Positions 20,449 to 31,305 of a stretch of 39,205 bases of DNA are shown here, piece by piece; within the stretch, counting starts at the first letter, position 1, and the number at the start of each line of letters is the position of its first letter. Origin of the DNA: a bacterium (GTDB lineage Bacteria > Margulisbacteria > WOR-1 > O2-12-FULL-45-9 > XYB2-FULL-48-7). Position numbers and translations under genes: made by a program. The stretch is from positions 1 through 39,205 of the forward strand of contig JBDRLW010000017.1 in NCBI GenBank assembly GCA_043812655.1. Reading direction: 5' to 3'. The notes below the pieces were generated by a model. That model did not search any database and had not been told where the DNA came from. It was given only the letters and a program-made list of their open reading frames with translations.

Positions 20449-20918
20449 TGCCAAGACACGGAAATGTCCCTAAAAGAAAAACCCGGCCAGACGTAGTTTA
20501 TGGCAGCGTTACCCTGCAGAAGTTCATTAATAAGATGATCAAACAAGGGAAAAAGAGCAAAGTAGAGGCCATTATTTACTCTGCTCTGGCCGAGATCGAA
20601 AATAAATTAAAAAAACCGGCCATGGAAGTTTTTGAAAAAGCGGTTGGCAATGTTTCACCAGCGTTGGAGATCAAAGCCCGCCGGGTTGGTGGCGCGACCT
20701 ACCAGGTGCCGGTTGAAATTTCCAGGGAAAGGGCGCTGGCAATGGCGATGAATTGGCTTCTCGATGGGGCCCGTGGGAAAAAAGGGCGGTCAATGGCTGA
20801 AAACCTGGTCTCTGAATTGACCGATGCCTTCAATGGTACTGGCGTGGCGATAAAAAACCGCGAAACACTGCACAAGACGGCGGAGGCGAACAAAGCGTTC
20901 GCCCACTTTAGGTGGTAA
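20448..20918 (+). CDS. rpsG: 30S ribosomal protein S7
   Basis: [23 protein letters not shown]. Confidence 0.98.
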   Translation: MPRHGNVPKRKTRPDVVYGSVTLQKFINKMIKQGKKSKVEAIIYSALAEIENKLKKPAMEVFEKAVGNVSPALEIKARRVGGATYQVPVEISRERALAMAMNWLLDGARGKKGRSMAENLVSELTDAFNGTGVAIKNRETLHKTAEANKAFAHFRW

Positions 20919-20925
20919 AAAAATA

Positions 20926-23010
20926 ATGGGAAGAGAGTGTCAAATTAAAAATTATCGGAATATGGGCTTCGCGGCGCACATCGACGCGGGCAAGACCACG
21001 ACGACCGAACGCGTCCTGTTCTACAGCGGCGTCCTCCATCGGATCGGCGACGTCGACGAAGGTAATACCGCGATGGATTGGATGGAACAGGAAAAAGAAC
21101 GGGGTATCACTATCACCTCGGCGGCAACGACCACCTTCTGGAAAGACCATCGGATCAATATTATCGATACGCCGGGCCACGTCGATTTTACCGTTGAAGT
21201 TGAACGCTCGATGAGGGTCCTTGATGGCGTCGTGGTTATTTTCTGTTCCGTCGGCGGCTGCCAGCCGCAGTCAGAAACGGTTTGGCGCCAGGCGACCCGC
21301 TATAAAGTACCGCGGATGGCTTTCGTCAATAAGATGGATAGGTTAGGGGCTGATTTCCTTAGGGTGGTCACCCAAATGAAAGAGCGCTTGATGACCACGC
21401 CAGTCGTGATGCAATTGCCGATCGGAGCCGAAGATTCGTTCAAAGGGATCGTTGACCTCGTGGAAATGGAAGCGATCACCTATGTTGACGATCTAGGGGT
21501 TAAATTTGAGAAGGGCCCGATCCCAGACGAACTGATGGAACAGGCCAAACTATATCACGAGAAATTGGTGGAAGCGGCGGCTGAAGCAGACGACGTGCTC
21601 CTCGATAAATATCTGACCAACCACACCTTAACTAAGGAAGAAGTTAAAATGGGGATCAGGAAAGCGGTCATCGAAAGCAAGATCGTGCCGGTCTTTTGCG
21701 GCTCGTCTTTTAAGAATCGCGGCGTCCAACCGCTCCTTGACGCGATCATTGATTACCTTCCTTCGCCGCTCGATAAAAAAGCGGTTGTGGGGACCAATCC
21801 TGACACCGGAGCTGAAGATACCAGGCAGCCAGGTGACGATCAACCGTTCGCGGCGCTGGCGTTCAAGATCATGTCCGATCCGTTTGTCGGCCGGTTAACA
21901 TATTTCCGGGTCTATTCCGGAGTGCTAACGACCGGTTCATATATTTTTAATTCCGTTAAAGGGAAGAGAGAGCGGATCAGCCGCTTGCTGCAAATGCACG
22001 CTAATAAGCGGGAAGAAATTTCCGAGATCAGGGCGGGTGATATTGGCGCGGCGGTCGGCTTAAAAGATACGACCACCGGCAATACGCTCTGCGACGAAAA
22101 AAATCCGATCGTTTTAGAATCGATCCAATTTCCTGAACCGGTCATCTTTGTGGCGATCGAGCCCAAGACGACTGCGGATCAAGAAAAATTAGGCGTGGCC
22201 TTGTCGAGGCTTGCCGAAGAAGATCCAACCTTTAGGATCAAGGGCGATCCCGAAACCGGCCAAACCATTATTTCCGGGATGGGCGAGCTCCATTTGGAAA
22301 TTATTGTCGATCGGTTACTCCGCGAATTTAAGGTGGAAGCCAATGTCGGGAAACCGCAGGTCGCTTACAAAGAAACGATCCGCGGGTCGGCTGAAGCTGA
22401 AGGGAAATTCATCAGGCAGACCGGCGGCCGCGGCCAATACGGCCATGTCTGGATCAAGATCGAACCGCTCGAAGCCGGCAAGGGTTTTGAGTTCGTTAAC
22501 GCGATCGTCGGCGGCTCCATTCCCAGGGAATATATCCCCGCCGTCGAAAGCGGGATCAAAGAGGCGCTCGGGACCGGCGTCTTGGCCGGCTACCCGGTGC
22601 TCGACGTCAAAGTCACATTATTTGACGGCTCGTTCCATGAGGTTGACTCGTCGGAGATCGCTTTTAAAATTGCCGGCTCCATGGCGTTCAAGAGCGGGAT
22701 CTTAAAGAGCAAACCGATCTTGCTGGAGCCTGTTATGAAGGTTGAAGTAGTGGTGCCGGAACAATATATGGGCGATGTGATCGGTAATTTATCGAGCCGC
22801 CGCGGCCACATTGAAGAGATGGAATCGCACTCTGGCATCCAGACGATAAAATCCAAGGTGCCGCTTGCCTCAATGTTCGGTTATTCGACCGACCTGCGCT
22901 CGTTGACACAAGGGCGCGGTAATTATACAATGGAATTTTGCGACTATCGGGAAGTTCCGAAGAATATTTCGGAACAATTGATCGAAAAATATTCAGGAAA
23001 AGGGAAGTGA
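20926..23010 (+). CDS. fusA: Elongation factor G
   Basis: [30 protein letters not shown]. Confidence 0.99.
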   Translation: MGRECQIKNYRNMGFAAHIDAGKTTTTERVLFYSGVLHRIGDVDEGNTAMDWMEQEKERGITITSAATTTFWKDHRINIIDTPGHVDFTVEVERSMRVLDGVVVIFCSVGGCQPQSETVWRQATRYKVPRMAFVNKMDRLGADFLRVVTQMKERLMTTPVVMQLPIGAEDSFKGIVDLVEMEAITYVDDLGVKFEKGPIPDELMEQAKLYHEKLVEAAAEADDVLLDKYLTNHTLTKEEVKMGIRKAVIESKIVPVFCGSSFKNRGVQPLLDAIIDYLPSPLDKKAVVGTNPDTGAEDTRQPGDDQPFAALAFKIMSDPFVGRLTYFRVYSGVLTTGSYIFNSVKGKRERISRLLQMHANKREEISEIRAGDIGAAVGLKDTTTGNTLCDEKNPIVLESIQFPEPVIFVAIEPKTTADQEKLGVALSRLAEEDPTFRIKGDPETGQTIISGMGELHLEIIVDRLLREFKVEANVGKPQVAYKETIRGSAEAEGKFIRQTGGRGQYGHVWIKIEPLEAGKGFEFVNAIVGGSIPREYIPAVESGIKEALGTGVLAGYPVLDVKVTLFDGSFHEVDSSEIAFKIAGSMAFKSGILKSKPILLEPVMKVEVVVPEQYMGDVIGNLSSRRGHIEEMESHSGIQTIKSKVPLASMFGYSTDLRSLTQGRGNYTMEFCDYREVPKNISEQLIEKYSGKGK

Positions 23011-23011
23011 A

Positions 23012-23332
23012 ATGGCAACTAAACTAAAACAAAGGATCAGGATAAAATTAAAAAGCTACGACCATCGGGTGCTTGACCAGTCGTCAGCCAAGATCGTCGA
23101 CACCGCCAAACGGGCCGGGGCCTTTGTCTCCGGGCCGGTGCCGCTGCCGACCGAAAAACAGATCTATTGCGTTCTGCGCTCGCCGCACGTCGATAAAAAA
23201 TCGCGGGAACATTTTGAGATCAGGACCCATAAGCGGATCATCGATATTTTAGACCCGCCGCCGCAAACGGTTGACGCGCTGATGCAGCTTGATTTGCCGG
23301 CCGGGGTCGATATCGAGATAAGGATGGATTAA
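23012..23332 (+). CDS. rpsJ: 30S ribosomal protein S10
   Basis: [27 protein letters not shown]. Confidence 0.99.
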   Translation: MATKLKQRIRIKLKSYDHRVLDQSSAKIVDTAKRAGAFVSGPVPLPTEKQIYCVLRSPHVDKKSREHFEIRTHKRIIDILDPPPQTVDALMQLDLPAGVDIEIRMD

Positions 23333-23340
23333 GAAAAGAT

Positions 23341-23877
23341 ATGATCGGCATAAAAAAGGGGATGACCCAAATATTTAATGAGAATGGCAAGGCGGTCGGC
23401 GTCACGGTCATCGAGGCCGGGCCATGCAAAGTCACGGCGCTAAAAACCGTCGCCAAAGATGGTTACGATTCGGTCCAGCTTTTATTTGCCGGGAAAAAAA
23501 GAGAATTTAGAGGTCTCAAGCCGGCAGAATACCAAATTGGCCAAGAGCTTAAAGTTGATGTTTTTAAGGCTGGTGACGTCGTAAAGGTAAGCGGCAAGGC
23601 GATCGGTAAGGGTTTTGCCGGCAACGTTAAACGTTTCCATACCCACCGGGGGCCGATGAGCCACGGTTCAAAATCGCATCGGATACCAGGATCTTCTGGT
23701 TCAGGAACGACGCCAGGCCGGGTGCGGCCAGGCAAGAAAATGCCGGGCCGGCTGGGTGGCGGGACCATAACCCAAAAAAGCCTGAAAATTGTCCAAGTTA
23801 TGGCCGATAAGAATTTAGTGTTGATCAAAGGAGCGGTCCCTGGTAAACCCGGGAACCTAGTGTTGATCAGGAAATAA
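23341..23877 (+). CDS. rplC: 50S ribosomal protein L3, short form
   Basis: KKGMTQIF, VTVIEAG, GKGFAG, SHGS, IKGAVPG. Confidence 0.96.
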   Translation: MIGIKKGMTQIFNENGKAVGVTVIEAGPCKVTALKTVAKDGYDSVQLLFAGKKREFRGLKPAEYQIGQELKVDVFKAGDVVKVSGKAIGKGFAGNVKRFHTHRGPMSHGSKSHRIPGSSGSGTTPGRVRPGKKMPGRLGGGTITQKSLKIVQVMADKNLVLIKGAVPGKPGNLVLIRK

Positions 23878-23879
23878 AC

Positions 23880-24461
23880 ATGAAAACAGAATTAAAAGGT
23901 AAAGTATTTAACGAAGAATTAAACGAAGCGGTCGTTCACGAAGCCCTCAGATGGTACCAGGCTTCTGGCCGGCGCGGGACCCATAGCGCCTTGACCAGGA
24001 CCGAAGTTTCCGGCGGCGGGATCAAGCCGTGGAAACAAAAAGGGACCGGCCGGGCGCGGGCTGGCAGCATCCGTTCACCGCTTTGGCGTAAAGGTGGAGT
24101 TGTCTTTCCCCCGAAGCCAAGAGATTATTCCTATGCCTTGCCGAAGAAAGTTCGTAAATTGGCGCTCCGGGTGGCTTTGTCAGAATTCCATCGCCAAGGG
24201 AAAATAAAAGTCGTAGACGAGTTAAAACTATCGGCGCCAAAGACTAAAGAAGGGGTGAAGTTCCTAAAAGAGATCGGCGCGGCCGGCAAGATCTTGTTCT
24301 TGACGGCGTCAGATGATGCCAACTTTATTAAGGGAACGCGTAATATCGCCGGGGTCACGGTCTTGCCGGCACTGGCGCTTAATATTTATGATCTGCTCCG
24401 CAGCAAGTCGGTGGTCTTAGAAAAAGCGGCGGTAGCGATCCTTGAAGAGAGGTTAGTTTAA
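23880..24461 (+). CDS. rplD: 50S ribosomal protein L4
   Basis: KPWKQKGTGRARAGSIRSP. Confidence 0.97.
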   Translation: MKTELKGKVFNEELNEAVVHEALRWYQASGRRGTHSALTRTEVSGGGIKPWKQKGTGRARAGSIRSPLWRKGGVVFPPKPRDYSYALPKKVRKLALRVALSEFHRQGKIKVVDELKLSAPKTKEGVKFLKEIGAAGKILFLTASDDANFIKGTRNIAGVTVLPALALNIYDLLRSKSVVLEKAAVAILEERLV

Positions 24462-24742
24462 TGGAGCTTGGTCACATTATTGTTGAGCCGATCATTACGG
24501 AAAAGAGCGTTACAAATCGAGCCTTATCACGCTATGCTTTTTACGTTAATTTAAAAGCGACCAAGATCGCCGTCAAGCAGGCGGTGGAACAGGCGTTCAA
24601 AGTTAAAGTTACCGATGTCAATACTTGCTATGTCCGCGGCAAGAAGCGGATCCTTGGCCGTTCGATCGGCCGGACGGCGCGCCGGAAAAAAGCCTATGTC
24701 ACGTTGGTGGCCGGCCAAAAGATACAGGAGTTAGAAGCGTAA
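24461..24742 (+). CDS. rplW: 50S ribosomal protein L23
   Basis: PIITEKS, FKVKV..VNT, KKAYVTL. Confidence 0.96.
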   Translation: MELGHIIVEPIITEKSVTNRALSRYAFYVNLKATKIAVKQAVEQAFKVKVTDVNTCYVRGKKRILGRSIGRTARRKKAYVTLVAGQKIQELEA

Positions 24743-24743
24743 A

Positions 24744-25574
24744 ATGGGAATGAAACAAAAAAACCCGCGGAGCCCGGGAACACGGTTCCAAATTGCGGAT
24801 GATTATTCAGATATAACCCGGGTCGGGCCGGAAAAAAGCCTGCTCGCCAGGTTAAACCAGAAGTCAGGCCGTGACTGGCGAGGCTTTGTCTCGATGCGCC
24901 ATCGCGGCGGCGGGAACAAGAAGCATTATCGTTTAGTCGATTTTCGCCGGATAAAAGATAATGTCCCGGCTCAAGTTTTAAGCATAGAATACGATCCCAA
25001 CCGGAACTGCCGGATCGCCTTGATCGAGTACCAAGACAAAGAAAAAAGTTATATTTTAGCACCGGTCGGTTTAACGGTTGGCGACACTCTCCAATCGGGT
25101 GAAGGTTCTGATATCCGTCCGGGTAACGCCATGCCGCTTCGGTCAATTCCAGTCGGAACGACCGTCCACAACGTGGAGCTTGAAACAGGCAAAGGCGGGA
25201 TATTGGCCAGGTCTGCCGGGGCCGGGTTGGTTTTATTAGGTAAAGAAGGGAGCTACGGGATCGTCAAGCTTCCTTCTGGTGAACAGAGAAAGATCCTTTT
25301 AACTTGCCGCGCGACGGTGGGGCAAGTTGGGAATCTCGACGCGAAAAATGCCATCATGGGAAAAGCCGGGAAAAAACGCCACTTAGGCAGGCGGCCAGAG
25401 GTCAGGGGCGTGGTCATGAATCCTTGCGACCACCCGCATGGCGGTGGCGAAGGGAAATCAGGCATTGGCCGTAAACACCCGGTTACTCCGTGGGGTAAAC
25501 CGACGCTGGGCAAGATCACCCGCAAACCGCGCCGGCGGAGCAGCCGTTTTATTTTGTCTAGGAGGAAGAAGTAA
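24744..25574 (+). CDS. rplB: 50S ribosomal protein L2
   Basis: IEYDPNR, VRGVVMNPCDHPHGGGEG. Confidence 0.98.
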   Translation: MGMKQKNPRSPGTRFQIADDYSDITRVGPEKSLLARLNQKSGRDWRGFVSMRHRGGGNKKHYRLVDFRRIKDNVPAQVLSIEYDPNRNCRIALIEYQDKEKSYILAPVGLTVGDTLQSGEGSDIRPGNAMPLRSIPVGTTVHNVELETGKGGILARSAGAGLVLLGKEGSYGIVKLPSGEQRKILLTCRATVGQVGNLDAKNAIMGKAGKKRHLGRRPEVRGVVMNPCDHPHGGGEGKSGIGRKHPVTPWGKPTLGKITRKPRRRSSRFILSRRKK

Positions 25575-25859
25575 ATGGGACGTTCAGTAAAAAAAGGTCC
25601 GTATGTTGACGAGAACTTATTAAAAAAGGTCCAGAAAATGGAACTATCAGGGAAGAAGATGATCATTAAAACTTGGGCCAGGAATTGCACGATCATCCCC
25701 GATATGATCGGGTTCACTTTCGCGGTCCATAACGGCAATAAACATATCCCGGTCTATATTTCGGAAAATATGATCGGCCATAAATTAGGTGAATTTTCTC
25801 CGACCCGTGTCTTTAGGGGGCATGGGAATCCAACGGATAAATCGTCAACACTAACATGA
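25575..25859 (+). CDS. rpsS: 30S ribosomal protein S19
   Basis: [18 protein letters not shown]. Confidence 0.98.
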   Translation: MGRSVKKGPYVDENLLKKVQKMELSGKKMIIKTWARNCTIIPDMIGFTFAVHNGNKHIPVYISENMIGHKLGEFSPTRVFRGHGNPTDKSSTLT

Positions 25860-26191
25860 AGAATATAAAAGCCAAAAGCAAGTGGGTGCGCAGTTCACCC
25901 CGGAAGATCAGCCGGGTCCTTGATCTTGTCAGAGGAAAGCCGGTGATTGAAGCGGCGGCGATCTTAAAGTTCTTGCCCCAAAAAGGGGCCAGGATAGCGC
26001 TGAAGGTTTTGCAATCGGCGGTGGCCAATGCCAAGCATAACCAGAAAAAAGATGAAGCGGCCTTGATCATTAAAGAATGTTATGCCAATAAAGGGATGAC
26101 GCTCAAGCGGATCCATCCGCGGGCCAGGGGCCGGGCGTTCCCGATCAAGAAACGGACCAGTCATGTGACGATCTGCGTGGAGGAAAAATAA
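25856..26191 (+). CDS. rplV: 50S ribosomal protein L22
   Basis: SPRK, SAVANA, PRARGRA, KRTSHVT. Confidence 0.97.
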   Translation: MKNIKAKSKWVRSSPRKISRVLDLVRGKPVIEAAAILKFLPQKGARIALKVLQSAVANAKHNQKKDEAALIIKECYANKGMTLKRIHPRARGRAFPIKKRTSHVTICVEEK

Positions 26192-26883
26192 TGGGACAAA
26201 AAGTTCATCCAAAGGGATTTCGCCTAGGTGTTAACGATACTTGGGACAGCGTCTGGTTCGCTTCGGACCAGGAGTTCGCCAAGTTCTTAGCCGAAGATGT
26301 TGCGATAAGGAAATATCTGAAAAATATCCTTTATAAGGCCGGGATCGCTTCGATCAAGATCAGCCGCAAGGCGAACCAGATCGAAGTTAATCTCTATACC
26401 GCCAAGCCGGGGTTGATCATTGGCAAAGGCGGTAAAGAGGTCGCCGCGGTCCGTGATGAGCTCATAAAAAGAATGGGAAAGCAAGTTCAGCTCAACATCC
26501 ACGAAGAGCGGAATCCCGAAACATCGGCGGTTCTACTCGCGGAAAATATCGCGTCCCAGCTGGAACGCCGGATCTCTTTCCGCCGGGCAATGAAGCAAGT
26601 GGTGACCAGGTCGCTCCGAGCAGGAGCCAAAGGAGTAAAAGTCATGTGCGGCGGCCGTTTAGGCGGCGCGGAAATTGCCAGAAGTGAAAAATACCGTTTA
26701 GGCCGGGTGCCGTTACACACCTTAAGGGCTAATATCGATTATGGTTTTGCCGAAGCGATGACCCTTTATGGCAAAATTGGAGTTAAGGTTTGGGTTTATA
26801 AGGGAGATATCCTGCCGCAAAAAAGGATGACAGAAACAGCAAAGGAGAAAGTATCAAGTGGTATTAGTACCAGCGCGAACTAA
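26191..26883 (+). CDS. rpsC: 30S ribosomal protein S3
   Basis: [33 protein letters not shown]. Confidence 0.98.
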   Translation: MGQKVHPKGFRLGVNDTWDSVWFASDQEFAKFLAEDVAIRKYLKNILYKAGIASIKISRKANQIEVNLYTAKPGLIIGKGGKEVAAVRDELIKRMGKQVQLNIHEERNPETSAVLLAENIASQLERRISFRRAMKQVVTRSLRAGAKGVKVMCGGRLGGAEIARSEKYRLGRVPLHTLRANIDYGFAEAMTLYGKIGVKVWVYKGDILPQKRMTETAKEKVSSGISTSAN

Positions 26884-27268
26884 ATTCAGGAAACATCAAC
26901 GCCGGCGGCTTCGTGGTCGGGCTTGCGCCGGCGCGACGCTCATGTTCGGGGAATTCGGGCTCCAAGTCCTCGAATGCGGTAATCTGACGATTAACCAGGT
27001 AGAAGCGGCCCGTAAGACCTTGGCCCACTATTTCAAACGGGGCGGCAAAGTTTGGCTCCGGGTTTTTGCCGATAAGATCGTGACCGGCCGGGCGGCTGAA
27101 ACCCGCATGGGCGGCGGCAAAGGGGCGCCGGTGATGTTCGTGGCGCAAGTAAAACGCGGCCACATTATTTTTGAGGTTGCCGGGGTAACCGAAGCCGATG
27201 CCAGGGAAGCGCTTAGATTAGCGGGCTATAAATTGCCCTATGAAACTCGGGTGGTAACCAAGCAATGA
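26858..27268 (+). CDS. rplP: 50S ribosomal protein L16, GTG start overlapping rpsC
   Basis: [19 protein letters not shown]. Confidence 0.97.
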   Translation: MVLVPARTKFRKHQRRRLRGRACAGATLMFGEFGLQVLECGNLTINQVEAARKTLAHYFKRGGKVWLRVFADKIVTGRAAETRMGGGKGAPVMFVAQVKRGHIIFEVAGVTEADAREALRLAGYKLPYETRVVTKQ

Positions 27269-27462
27269 AAAACAAAGTAAAGACCAGCGACTTAAGGGAA
27301 CTGTCGGTTGACGAATTGAAAAAGAAGATCGCCGAAGGGGAGAAGGAACTGCTCCACCTTAGGATCCAGAAAGCTAACCAGCAACTAAAGAACCCGCTCA
27401 AGGTCAGGGAAGTTCGGCGTGGTATCGCGAGACTAAAAACGATAATCAGGGAGGCCAAATAA
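27265..27462 (+). CDS. rpmC: 50S ribosomal protein L29
   Basis: [18 protein letters not shown]. Confidence 0.95.
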   Translation: MKNKVKTSDLRELSVDELKKKIAEGEKELLHLRIQKANQQLKNPLKVREVRRGIARLKTIIREAK

Positions 27463-27463
27463 A

Positions 27464-27724
27464 TTGGAGAGAGGAAAAGTTAAAACTAGGGAAGGGGTCG
27501 TGGTCAGCAATAAAATGAAGAAAACTGTCGTTGTTAAGACCGAGCGGAAATTCCGCCATCCTTTATACCAAAAGGTGGTCAGGGAAAATAACAAGTTCAA
27601 GGCGCATGATGAAGATGGCGTTTGCCAGGTCGGCGATATCGTAGAGATCATGGAAACTCGGCCTATGTCGCGCGATAAGCGCTGGCGGGTGGTAAGGAGG
27701 ATTAAAGTTGATTCAGCCGCGTAG
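27464..27724 (+). CDS. rpsQ: 30S ribosomal protein S17
   Basis: [24 protein letters not shown]. Confidence 0.97.
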   Translation: MERGKVKTREGVVVSNKMKKTVVVKTERKFRHPLYQKVVRENNKFKAHDEDGVCQVGDIVEIMETRPMSRDKRWRVVRRIKVDSAA

Positions 27725-28076
27725 TATCTTAAATGTTGCCGATAACAGTGGCGCGAAGACCTTGATGTGCATTAGGGTGCTGGGCGGTTCCAACCGCAAA
27801 TTTGCCGGCATTGGCGACATGATCGTTGGGGTCGTTAAAGAAGCCCTGCCCAACATGACGGTCAAAGACGGCGAAGTTGTCTTTGCGGTCATTGTCAGGA
27901 GCCGCAAACCGCTCCGTCGAGCCGATGGTTCTTATGTTGTCTTTGATGATAATGCTGTTGTGGTCGTGGCTAAAGATAAAAATCCCCGGGGAACCAGGGT
28001 GTTTGGCCCGGTGGCCAGGGAATTGCGTGATTGTGATTATATGAAGATCATTTCACTGGCGCTAGAGGTAGTCTAA
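27708..28076 (+). CDS. rplN: 50S ribosomal protein L14
   Basis: [21 protein letters not shown]. Confidence 0.98.
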   Translation: MIQPRSILNVADNSGAKTLMCIRVLGGSNRKFAGIGDMIVGVVKEALPNMTVKDGEVVFAVIVRSRKPLRRADGSYVVFDDNAVVVVAKDKNPRGTRVFGPVARELRDCDYMKIISLALEVV

Positions 28077-28387
28077 TGAAATTAAAAAAAGGCGATATAG
28101 TCATTGCTTTGGCCGGGAAAGATAGAGGAAAAAAAGGGAAGATCATAAAGGTATCTCCAGCTACCGGAAAGATCACGGTTGAAGGTGTTGGGACGGCAAA
28201 AAAACACCAGCGGCCGACCCGGAATTTTCAAGGCGGGATAATAGAGAAATCATTGCCGCAGGCGGCTTCAAAGTTCATGTTGGTCTGTCCCAGGTGCAGC
28301 AAGCCGACCAGGATAGGGAGCAAAGAAGTCAGCGATAAAAAAGTCAGGGTTTGCGGCCAGTGCGAAGAAATCATAGATAAGGTGTAA
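28076..28387 (+). CDS. rplX: 50S ribosomal protein L24
   Basis: KKGD.V..AGKDRGKKG KOW motif, GGIIEK. Confidence 0.96.
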   Translation: MKLKKGDIVIALAGKDRGKKGKIIKVSPATGKITVEGVGTAKKHQRPTRNFQGGIIEKSLPQAASKFMLVCPRCSKPTRIGSKEVSDKKVRVCGQCEEIIDKV

Positions 28388-28390
28388 ACA

Positions 28391-28936
28391 ATGAATTCGT
28401 TAAAAGAAAAATATTTAAAAGTTATTACCAAGGAATTGATGAAAAAGCAGGGCTATAAGAATACGATGCAGGTTCCCCACATCCAAAAAGTGGTGGTTAA
28501 CCGGGGCGTCGGCGAAGCCAGGGAAAATGCCAAGGCGATCGATATTTCCGCCGCCGAACTTGGCGCTATTACCGGCCAAAAGCCGTTGGTAACGCTAAGT
28601 AAAAAGGCGATCTCGGCTTTTAAGCTGAGGGGCAATATCCCGATCGGGCTCAAAGTTACGCTTCGGGGAGAGAGGATGTATGACTTCCTTACTAAGTTGA
28701 TCAATATTTGCTTGCCCAAGATCCGGGATTTTAAAGGGGTCAGTCCCAAGTCTTTTGACGGGCGAGGGAATTATACGCTGGGGATCAAAGAACAGTTGAT
28801 CTTTCCCGAAGTCGATTATGAAAAAGTCGACCGGGTGAGGGGGATGGATATTACCTTTGTCACGACCGCAAAAACCGACGCGGAAGCCAGGGACCTGCTA
28901 GAACAAATTGGCGTTCCGTTCAGGAAAGAGGGCTAA
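28391..28936 (+). CDS. rplE: 50S ribosomal protein L5
   Basis: ITGQKP, KVTLRG, FDGRGNY, RGMDI. Confidence 0.98.
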   Translation: MNSLKEKYLKVITKELMKKQGYKNTMQVPHIQKVVVNRGVGEARENAKAIDISAAELGAITGQKPLVTLSKKAISAFKLRGNIPIGLKVTLRGERMYDFLTKLINICLPKIRDFKGVSPKSFDGRGNYTLGIKEQLIFPEVDYEKVDRVRGMDITFVTTAKTDAEARDLLEQIGVPFRKEG

Positions 28937-28938
28937 AT

Positions 28939-29124
28939 ATGGCAAAAAAATGTTGGCTGGAAAGATTAAAAAGGGAGCCGAAGTTTGAAACCCGGCGGAT
29001 CAACCGCTGTTTTATTTGCGGCCGGCGCAGGGGTTATTTGAGTAAATTCAATCTCTGCCGAATTTGTTTTAGGAACTTGGCGCTTCGGGGCCAGATACCC
29101 GGGGTTACCAAGTCAAGTTGGTAG
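28939..29124 (+). CDS. rpsN: 30S ribosomal protein S14, zinc-binding type Z
   Basis: [23 protein letters not shown], 61 aa. Confidence 0.97.
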   Translation: MAKKCWLERLKREPKFETRRINRCFICGRRRGYLSKFNLCRICFRNLALRGQIPGVTKSSW

Positions 29125-29139
29125 GTAGAAGGAGGAAAA

Positions 29140-29529
29140 ATGGATTCAATCGCTGATTTATTAGTAAGGCTCCGGAATGGGTTGCAGGTCAAAAAAGATT
29201 TTGTTGATGTGCCGCATTCAAAAATGAAAGAAGATATCCTTAAGATCTTGCATGAAGAAGGTTTTATCGGCAAGTATGAAGCCTTGGCTAAAATGAAGAA
29301 AAAATACCTGCGCGTCACCTTAAAATATATTAAAGGGCGGCAGAGCGTGATCGCCGGGATGAAGCGGGTCAGTACCCCGGGTCGGCGGATCTATGTTGGG
29401 GCGGGCGAGATCCCACGGGTCAGGTCTGGTTTTGGCGTGGCGATCATTTCTACCCCCAAAGGGGTTATGCAGGGAGAAAAAGCCAGGGAAGGCAAAGTCG
29501 GCGGCGAGCTGCTTTGTTCAGTATGGTAA
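29140..29529 (+). CDS. rpsH: 30S ribosomal protein S8
   Basis: DSIADLL.RLRN, STPGRRIY, GGELLC.VW. Confidence 0.97.
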   Translation: MDSIADLLVRLRNGLQVKKDFVDVPHSKMKEDILKILHEEGFIGKYEALAKMKKKYLRVTLKYIKGRQSVIAGMKRVSTPGRRIYVGAGEIPRVRSGFGVAIISTPKGVMQGEKAREGKVGGELLCSVW

Positions 29530-29535
29530 ACAACA

Positions 29536-30096
29536 ATGGGTAGAATAGGCAAAAGAATCTTAGCTATCCCCAAAGGGGTAGAAATAAAAGTAGCGGACGG
29601 TGAAGTCCAGGTTAAGGGCCCAAAAGGGACCTTGAAGTTACAGGTTAAGCCGGCGGTGGAAATAAAAGTTGGCGAGGGAGTTGTTTCAACCTTATGCCAA
29701 AACAATTTAAGTGAAGCGGCGGCCCTCCAAGGTTTATATAACAGTATGATCGGGAACATGATCACCGGAGTGACGGTTGGGTTTGAAAAAGAGCTGGATC
29801 TAATGGGTGTTGGTTACCGGGCGGTCTTAGCCGGTAAAAAATTGCAACTGCAACTTGGCTTTTCCCATCCGGTCGAATTTGATCCTCCGGCTGGGATCGA
29901 ATTCGCGGTTGTCGGGGCGACCAAAGTTAAAATTAAAGGGGCCGATCGCCAGCAAGTCGGGCAGATAGCGGCTGAGATCAGGGAAGTCCGGGCGGTTGAG
30001 CCTTACAAAGGTAAAGGGATCAAATACGTTAATGAGATAGTCAGGCGCAAGGCCGGTAAAGCGGCTAAAGCGGCTTCAGCCGGAGGAGCAAAGTAA
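29536..30096 (+). CDS. rplF: 50S ribosomal protein L6
   Basis: RIGK, VKGPKG, GVGYRA, EPYKGKGI. Confidence 0.98.
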   Translation: MGRIGKRILAIPKGVEIKVADGEVQVKGPKGTLKLQVKPAVEIKVGEGVVSTLCQNNLSEAAALQGLYNSMIGNMITGVTVGFEKELDLMGVGYRAVLAGKKLQLQLGFSHPVEFDPPAGIEFAVVGATKVKIKGADRQQVGQIAAEIREVRAVEPYKGKGIKYVNEIVRRKAGKAAKAASAGGAK

Positions 30097-30405
30097 GTGA
30101 AAAAAAGAAAAATAATCGGGACAAAAGAGCGGCCAAGGATTTCCGTCTTCCGGAGCCTACGGGGCATTACCGCCCAAATTATTGACGACCAAGAAGGTAA
30201 AACCTTAGCGGCCGCCTCGACAGTTGAAAAAGGGCTAGCTAAGGGAGGCAACATCGCCGCGGCAAAGATCATCGGTAAAAAACTGGCTGAAAGGGCGCTG
30301 GCCGCCGGGGTCAAAAAAGCGGTTTTTGACCGGGGGACCGCTCTCTATCATGGCCGAGTCAAAGCTTTGGCTGAAGCGGCCAGAGAAGGGGGGCTTGAAT
30401 TCTAA
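30097..30405 (+). CDS. rplR: 50S ribosomal protein L18, short N-terminus, GTG start
   Basis: [24 protein letters not shown]. Confidence 0.96.
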   Translation: MKKRKIIGTKERPRISVFRSLRGITAQIIDDQEGKTLAAASTVEKGLAKGGNIAAAKIIGKKLAERALAAGVKKAVFDRGTALYHGRVKALAEAAREGGLEF

Positions 30406-30920
30406 TGGCAGGACAACGTCAACAATTCCAAAGAGATAGTGAATTCAAAGAAAAAGTCGTCAATATCAGCCGGGTAACCAAAGTGGTTAAGGGTGGTAAA
30501 AAAATGGGTTTCCGGGCCGTAGTCGTGATCGGTGACCTCAAAGGGCGAGTTGGCCTGGGGATCGGCAAAGCGGCTGAAGTTTCTGCCGCGATCCGTAAAG
30601 GAGTAGAAGCCGCCAAGCGCGGGCTTATTACTGTCCCGATGATCGAAGGTTCCGTCCCGCACGACGTGGTCGGTAAATTTTCGGCCAGCACGGTCGTTAT
30701 CCGTCCGGCTCCGCGCGGTACCGGTGTTATTGCCGGCGGCTCGGTGCGAACGGTCCTTGAGCTTTGCGGGTATAGGAATATTGTAGCCAAATCGATCGGA
30801 TCGGCCAATGCCATCAACGTGGCCAGGGCGTCGCTCCAGGGGTTGGCGGCTTTAAAAACAGTGGAAACCGTCTCGACCGAAAGAGGGAAGGAAGTTAATG
30901 TCAAATATGTTGCAGCTTAA
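30405..30920 (+). CDS. rpsE: 30S ribosomal protein S5
   Basis: RVTKVVKGG, PAPRGTGVIAGG. Confidence 0.98.
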   Translation: MAGQRQQFQRDSEFKEKVVNISRVTKVVKGGKKMGFRAVVVIGDLKGRVGLGIGKAAEVSAAIRKGVEAAKRGLITVPMIEGSVPHDVVGKFSASTVVIRPAPRGTGVIAGGSVRTVLELCGYRNIVAKSIGSANAINVARASLQGLAALKTVETVSTERGKEVNVKYVAA

Positions 30921-31305
30921 CGCGCTCCGTCCAGCGGACGGCTCAAAAAAAAGAAAAAAAAGGGTTGGCCGCGGGACCAGCTCGGGACTCGGCAAAACCG
31001 GTGGTCGCGGCCATAAGGGCCAAACCAGCCGTTCCGGCGGGACCAAAGGAAGGCGGTTTGAAGGTGGACAAACTCCGCTTTACCGCCGCTTGCCAAAACG
31101 CGGTTTTAAGAATTACCCGTTCCGCACAAAATACACGGTTTTCAACCTGAACAGTATCGATAAAATTAAAGGGACCGAAGGTTTGATCAAAGTTTTAGGT
31201 GTTGGCGAGTTGAAAGGGCCGGTCACAGTTTCCGCCCATAAGTTTAGCGCCGCAGCCTTAAAGAAGATCGAAGCAGCGGGAGGCAAAGCAGTAATCCTTA
31301 AATGA
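30907..31305 (+). CDS. rplO: 50S ribosomal protein L15
   Basis: RVGRG..SG.GKT.GRGHKGQ, FEGGQTPL. Start is 30907 or 30898. Confidence 0.96.
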   Translation: MLQLNALRPADGSKKRKKRVGRGTSSGLGKTGGRGHKGQTSRSGGTKGRRFEGGQTPLYRRLPKRGFKNYPFRTKYTVFNLNSIDKIKGTEGLIKVLGVGELKGPVTVSAHKFSAAALKKIEAAGGKAVILK

